Part shown: piece by piece, positions 34,246 to 40,196 of the stretch
Numbering within the stretch: position 1 is the first letter of the stretch
Layout of the letters: each line of letters opens with the position of its first letter
Assembly (NCBI GenBank): GCA_051942205.1
Contig: JAVECO010000198.1
Location: forward strand, 1-40,196
Direction of reading: 5' to 3'
DNA from: Coniocarpon cinnabarinum
Lineage: Eukaryota
DNA length: 40,196 bases
The notes under the pieces: generated by a model
Seen by the model: only the letters and a program-made list of their open reading frames with translations
What the model was told of the DNA's origin: nothing
Database searches by the model: none
Program-made: the position numbers and the translations under genes

Positions 34246-34383
34246 TCGTCGCGGCTTGCTTACTTCGCAGCAGACGACATTGCTAATACTAGTCATGTTC
34301 ATACCTTGATTGTACTTCTGCAGTGCATACTTCTGCAGTGCAACTATCAAGTCAAAGAAGAGCCATTAAGACATTGTCGTCGA

Positions 34384-34529
34384 TTGCTTAGGCGTTGATT
34401 GCTTGAGCGTTGTCTGTCTGCTTGAGCTTTGTTTGCTTGAGTATTGTCTGCTTGAGCGTTGTCTGCTTGAGTATTGTCTGCTTGAGCGTTGTCTGCTTGA
34501 GCATTATCTGCTTGTCTGCTTGTCTGCTT
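34384..34529. repeat. 15-bp tandem repeat TTGTCTGCTTGAG(CG/TA), partly alternating (30-bp higher order)
   Basis: About 7-8 units read directly. Confidence 0.88.
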
Positions 34530-35379
34530 CAGCTATACATTTGCTTGGGTACACTTCCGCGGTACACTTCTACGGTACGTGTTTCTCTTGCGCATTTCTC
34601 TCTTGCGCATTCCTCTCGCGCGCCTTTCTCTCGTGCGCTTCTCTATATACTGCTCAAGAGACAGCGTTTCGGGACTTGGAAGTTGACTACGCTTTTGCGT
34701 GTGTGGATTACGCTTTCGCGTCTCTGGATACACGCCTTGCATATCCCTCACAACGGCGTCCTTGATCCGCCTCTCAATCAAGCGACCCGTGCTCTATCTC
34801 GCTTTCAGTCCGTCGAATTGACTGACTCGCCCTCTTTCACTTTCCCCTCTCTTCCTGCTCTCTGACCTTGCCTTCGTCCTCCTCGACGACTCCTCGACGA
34901 CTCCTCCAACCGTTTGATATACATTCATCGGCGATGCATTCAGCGGTGTCAGGACTCCGTTGAATCTAGCCTCCGTAGCAGCCAAGGCGCTGACAGAAAC
35001 TGGTAATTCAGTGGCTGATTGTGAGAGTGCTTCAAGTGTCGCATGATTGCTCGTTGACGAGCCGGATTTGCGATAAGTCGAGTGGACATCTGATCGAGGA
35101 CGCTTGGCGTATCGTGAGCGACTCGAATGGACGATTGAGGGGTCACGATGTCGTCTTCGCTTCTTGGGCGTTCAGGGACTGTTTGAGAAGTCCGAATGGG
35201 ACGTCATGATGCGAAGTCCATCAGTTTGAGGACATCTCCGTTCCTCATCCTGAATCCCGTTTGTACCGACCACCGTTATCCCCTACCTCTCCTCAGCCTT
35301 GAGCTCTTTAGCTCCGTGCCTCTGCGGCTTCAGATGCATCAAATGATCGAATCTCGAATCCCGTCCTCAACCTCTTCAA

Positions 35380-36723
35380 TCACCCAAACCGCCGAAACAC
35401 ACACTCCGGATCCTCATGCCACTCCTCAGCAGACACCCACATCTTCCTAAAGGTACTCAACCCCGCCAGAATGGATCCCCCAATCCACGTGGTATACTTC
35501 CGCTCCGGGGGCGCCGTGATTCGAATCTTCATGTCCTTGACCGCCAAGCTCTTGAGCTCACTCAGGAGTCGTTCCCCAAATCCCTTGGTTAACGTGCTAC
35601 CGCCTGAGAGAATGATATTGCTAAACAGCGAAGAGCGCAAATCCATGTCCGTGCGACTGATGCTCGTCGTGATCAGTTGAGGGATCCCTGGATACTCGAG
35701 GCCGAGGATTGACGGATTGAAGAGGACCTCTGGGGCGCGGAAACGGGGCGTCCCGACTTTAATCTTCTGTCCGTCTGGCAACGCGTACTCCACGTTCTTC
35801 ACACCCTCACTCCCGCTCCTCCCCGCCCCGAGGAAACCCATCCATTCCCTTTCCTCCCTTCTCACGTCAACAGGAAGATAACAGATCTTCTCCTTCATTT
35901 GGCGCACGACTTCCTTCTCAGCACTAGTATGGAAGACGTATCCCTGTTTCCGCAACAGCTCCTGTAAATGCTCGGTCACGTCCCGGCCGGCGACGTCGAT
36001 GCGCTGCGTGCTGTTCGAGACGGCGAAACCTTCGTAGACTGGGACCGCGTGGGTGACGCCGTCACCGCTGTCGAGGACGAGACCAGTTGTTCGACCGGAG
36101 GCGTATAAAGACAGGGTTGCTTGGATTGAGATGTGTAAGGCGGGTATGTTGAGGGTTTCGAAGAGGAGTTGGGCGGCTGTTTCGCTGTGAATGTTTTGTT
36201 AGCCGGGTCTAAATGCATGCACCTTTACCACCGCTGCTGCTTCTGCTGTCTCTGCGGTTTCCATTGATCTAGCGCCAACCTAATGAGCGCCCAGAGCACC
36301 TTCATACCCTGCACAGACACACCGCCATATCCCCACTTGCTCATCAAGAAATCCAAGCGCGCAAACTCACCGATTCTGCCTCGGATTCAAAGGCGCCTCC
36401 GTCAACAAAACCGGATGTTCCTCACTAAGGACCTTCAACTCCTCGCTCCAAACCCACTGCCAAATCCGCTCCATGTCGTCCCAATCTTCCACAATGCCAT
36501 GCCGTAACGGATAGTTCAGCTTCAAGAGCCCTCTCAGGTCGGCGGCGCGGTTGCCGACGAACACATCGCCTTCGAGGGCACCGGCCAGGACACGGGGGTG
36601 TTTGGGCCTTCCGACGAAGGAGGGGATGATGGTTTGGGGCGTGTCGCTGCCGGCGAAACCGGCGCGCAATGTAGCCGTGCCGTTGTCGAGGACTATGGGG
36701 GCGTTGTGGAGGGTGTCTGTCAT
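35380..36723 (-). CDS. ARP1: Actin-related protein 1 (centractin, dynactin filament); intron 36185-36370
   Basis: [79 protein letters not shown]. The splice joins NR|ETAAQ. Confidence 0.95.
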
Positions 36724-37513
36724 GGTATTGTTGTGTGACCTATATTGGTTTGGGAGGTTTGGCGGACCACGGGTGGTAAGTGCTTGAGAAAAGGGTAGGT
36801 AAGGAAGGTGACGAGAGTTATTACGAAGATATATATATGACTGGCGAGTGTGCAATGAGCGACTGAGTGACAAGTGACGGTCAACCTATAGAATTTGTTT
36901 GAGCTGCTGGTAGTTGTGTCCGATCAAGTGCCTCAACTGGGCCGCGGCCAAATTCACAGACGCGTCTCTGAGCACTACCCTGCCACAATGCTTCATACAG
37001 CGTGACATACACGGTCGTGAGCGACCTCGGGAGTACGCATGGAAAGGTCAATTCTTTGATCACTATGCAAAGAAAGAAACGATAATAGTATGCTTCATGC
37101 GTCAAGGAGAGGGCGAGCTCGAAAGAGGAAGAAATGCTGTAATCACTTTCAGTAGACTGTAATACCTCATTGGCAGTGTTCAATTCTATGTACACCCAAT
37201 CGTGGGCTAGGACTGCCTCACACATCCTCACTCTCGAATCTGCTCCACCGCCACTGCACATCTGTCGCATCCTCCTGGATCATGCTGGACCTGACACCCC
37301 TTCAATAAGATTACATTAGATACATCGCCGCCAGATCATGTTTGCCCGATGATGGGGCTGTCGTGATGCTAGGAGGCCATGCCGATGTGACTTGACGTCG
37401 TGAATAGCTAAGCTTGTCTTTTTCTCATGAACGCTCTCAACGCCTGGTGTATGGTAAATCAAAACAAATCCTCTTTGGATGAATGCTCTGCAAAACGAAT
37501 GGTATCACGGGCT

Positions 37514-39810
37514 TCATCGGTCGTATCCTGCCCCTCGTTGCCAGGGACTGGCGTTGTTCCTCTGTCTTGAGGCATCTGAGCGAATGGACGCGGTTCGGTC
37601 GTGTGCGAAAGGCGAGGAATCATAGGAAGTGTTTCCTTCCTTGTTGTATGGCGCCGATACATTCTTGTACCCACCGTGGTTGCCATCCCACGAGCCAGAC
37701 GAGTGCGAATCGCTGTCAATCTCCCGAGGCTTGAATGGGGTCTTGTTCTCACCGCGAGCCGTGGCACCCAATGCATCCAGCTCTGTGGTGAGATTCTGTT
37801 GTGATTTGATGAACGATCCTCGGTCATCGCGCATGGGCTGGTAGCGGACGTCGGGGTTCTTGGAGAAGACTGCGTATCCAATGGCTACCAAGACCAAGAC
37901 CAGCAGGACCAGCGCAAAAGCCGCATTCATAATGAAGAACACGACACCCATCACACCGACGACGAGACCCTGGGTAGAGAGTTAGCAAAGGCTAAAGCAC
38001 TGGGGGTGTAGATGTCAGGAGTACATACTGGAAGGCCGAAAATCTCAGTGAAGAACAGCAAGAGGATGGAGCTGACAAAGTTGACAGCTGCGATCGAAAT
38101 GTTGAAAGCGTTGACTTTCTTGTCCATGTACGGTCGCAGGATGCTAAGTGCAACGAGATAGCCGCAATTGACAACCAAGAAGCAGATGCCTTGAGCTGTT
38201 CCGTGGTTGGGCTGACCGAAAGCTACGACCATACCGATGACCAGAACGTAGATAAGCGTAGGGATGATGAACCAGTAGGCGGTGGCTTTGAATTGGACGT
38301 AGAGAAACCCCCATTTGTGGAGACAGACCGGGTCGGAGTAGAGAATGTATGCCGGATTCTTGTGCAGAGTGATCGAGCGACGTGCGATGAGGACAATCTT
38401 GACACACACCCATGCAAGCATTGCAATCATCGAAATGATGGTAATGACGGCGAGTGCAATTTCTCCGGCGGAGTCTTTCACGGTCATTTCCCAGAAACAC
38501 AGGACCACCATCTGAGGGAAGCCGATGAGAATCAGGCGGAACAAGATGCCCTTGAGGACGGTCGTCCAGCCATTGCGGAAGTCTTGGAACTTGTCTCCCT
38601 TGATTTTGCCGGACCTTGCCAAAGCTTCGAGTATCCACTTGAAGGCCGCAATGCCAACAACGACCAGGATGACGAAGAAAATGAAGAAGATATATCCCGT
38701 CATGAAGATGTTGGTGTTCTCGATCTGAGCTTTGAAGCCGACACGGTCGATACCGCGGACAGTGACAGTCTTCGCGTTCGAGCTTGGGCCTGTGGGAGCA
38801 GTCGTTTGACGACGGACCAGCTCCCTCACGTACTCGCTCGCAGCCTCCGCGGATCTCTTAACCATGGACGTGCCGAGGTTGCGAGATTCCAGGTAGTAGT
38901 CAGCACGGGACATTTGACCTGCGCCTCGCTTTGCGAGCGCTTCAAGTGAGCGTTTCTGGACGTTGACTGATGTGTTGCCAAGCTTCGAGAGGAGCGTAGA
39001 AGGAGTGCCTCCCGTAGCTCTCTGGTACCAGGTGGCAATAGTTTGTACAAACCCGACGTGAATCACACCGAGACTCCATTGGAAGTTTTGTGTCCATGCC
39101 GCAACGGACGGTGGGAGTGGTGCTGTCACCATACCAAACATGGCCTGGAACTGGAAGTAGCTGAAAAGCGACATAGCATTCGCAGCGACGTGTGCAGCCG
39201 TGTTGGAATGACCCAGACCTGACACAATCGCAGAGACCAGGAGGGCAAGGCCAGCAATGACTGCAGTGACCCATCCCACTGCTTTTTGGTAAACAGTCTT
39301 TCCGTTGGACAATTCAGCTTGCAGACAAGCCAATTCGTTGCCCTGTGTTGGGCCGCCACTGTTGTCGAAAATTTTGATCTGCACAGAGGCATCGAGGTCA
39401 GGGACGGTGTACGCAATGCCGGGAATCTGTGAGACCGAGTCCGGGCCGATGTTGTAGGTACCTGGGATGTCGATGGGTCCCGATTGCATGGGACACAGGC
39501 CCTCAAAAGAAGATACTTCACAGGGATTTTGATTTTGATGAACGATGTTCAGACCATAAGCCGATACGTCGATCTCGGCGGTGACTTTGCTGTTGATGGC
39601 GGAGTAGCCAGTGATGTTGAAGTCAAGATCTCCATTGTCCGGCGTAAATCGGACTTGGAACAGCGAGACGGTGAAGCCGGTTTCATTGGCGCTCTTGGAA
39701 CAGCTGTTGAGCGAGTCGGATTGGATGAGCCTTTCAGAGAAGGCACTGGTGGATAGCAACCAAAGCGGAAGCAATGCCTGGAGGCCCGCTGAGGGCCGCC
39801 GGCACCACAT
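37514..39810 (-). CDS. FLC/Pkd2-family TRP-like membrane protein (flavin carrier-like) with signal peptide and ML-like domain; intron 37970-38028
   Basis: IPGIAYTVPDLDA, ACLQAELSNGKTV, GHSNTAAHVA, WTQNFQWS, HKNPAYILYSD, KWGFLYVQF, RPYMDKK, RYQPMRDDRGSFIKS. Confidence 0.92.
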
Positions 39811-40196
39811 GTTGATGGCTGGAGTCGACGCTGGGACTGGCGTGTGCCACCCGGTATCACCAACTCCTGGACCAAGCTTGCTGGGTCGCGACAGACGTGT
39901 TCAAGATCGGGTATCGTCTAGCAGACGTTGAAACAAGGCGCGAGAGATGGCGCAGTGCCGACGCGACGTGAGGAAGCGACTGAGGTGGGAACGAGGTCGG
40001 AGGAAGAACGTGGCAACAAAAAAGGAGGAACGACCGAGAGAGACAATGGACGCAGCCGAAACCACCTCCAACGAAGGAGGAGCCGAGCGACGGAGTATTA
40101 AATCAATATAGTCAAGCTGAAAGAGCGAACGTCGACGTGCAGACCAAGCGTGGGCGATGGCAGACGACGACGATGAGGAGGGAGGAAGGGAGGGAG

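Overview
Eukaryotic DNA from a filamentous ascomycete (Pezizomycotina; inferred from RIP, short GT-AG introns with CTRAY branch points, and the gene families), in two sharply separated compartments. (1) 1-12001 is an AT-rich, RIP-destroyed stack of three nested Ty3/gypsy chromovirus LTR retrotransposons. An un-RIPed LTR end (1-140, minus) is inserted in the gag of a plus-strand element (141-6953), which is itself inserted antiparallel into the integrase of an older minus-strand element (6954-12001). (2) 12002-40196 is gene-dense, with ten genes: PTH11/rhodopsin-like membrane protein, FHA+forkhead TF (Fhl1-like), 2OG-Fe(II) P4H-like oxygenase, cyclase-family hydrolase, UBL-WLM (Wss1-like) protease, APC amino-acid/choline permease, Zn2Cys6 TF (OefC-like), KRE6/SKN1 GH16, Arp1 centractin and an FLC/TRP-like channel. 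The two most notable observations are an antisense, intron-containing gene in the retrotransposon 3' region that, once RIP is reversed, has exact GAL4-type Zn2Cys6 spacing plus a coiled coil, and an apparent zero-length exon (recursive splice site, TACTAAC...CAG|GTAAGT) in the permease gene. All calls are by eye; no database searches were run.
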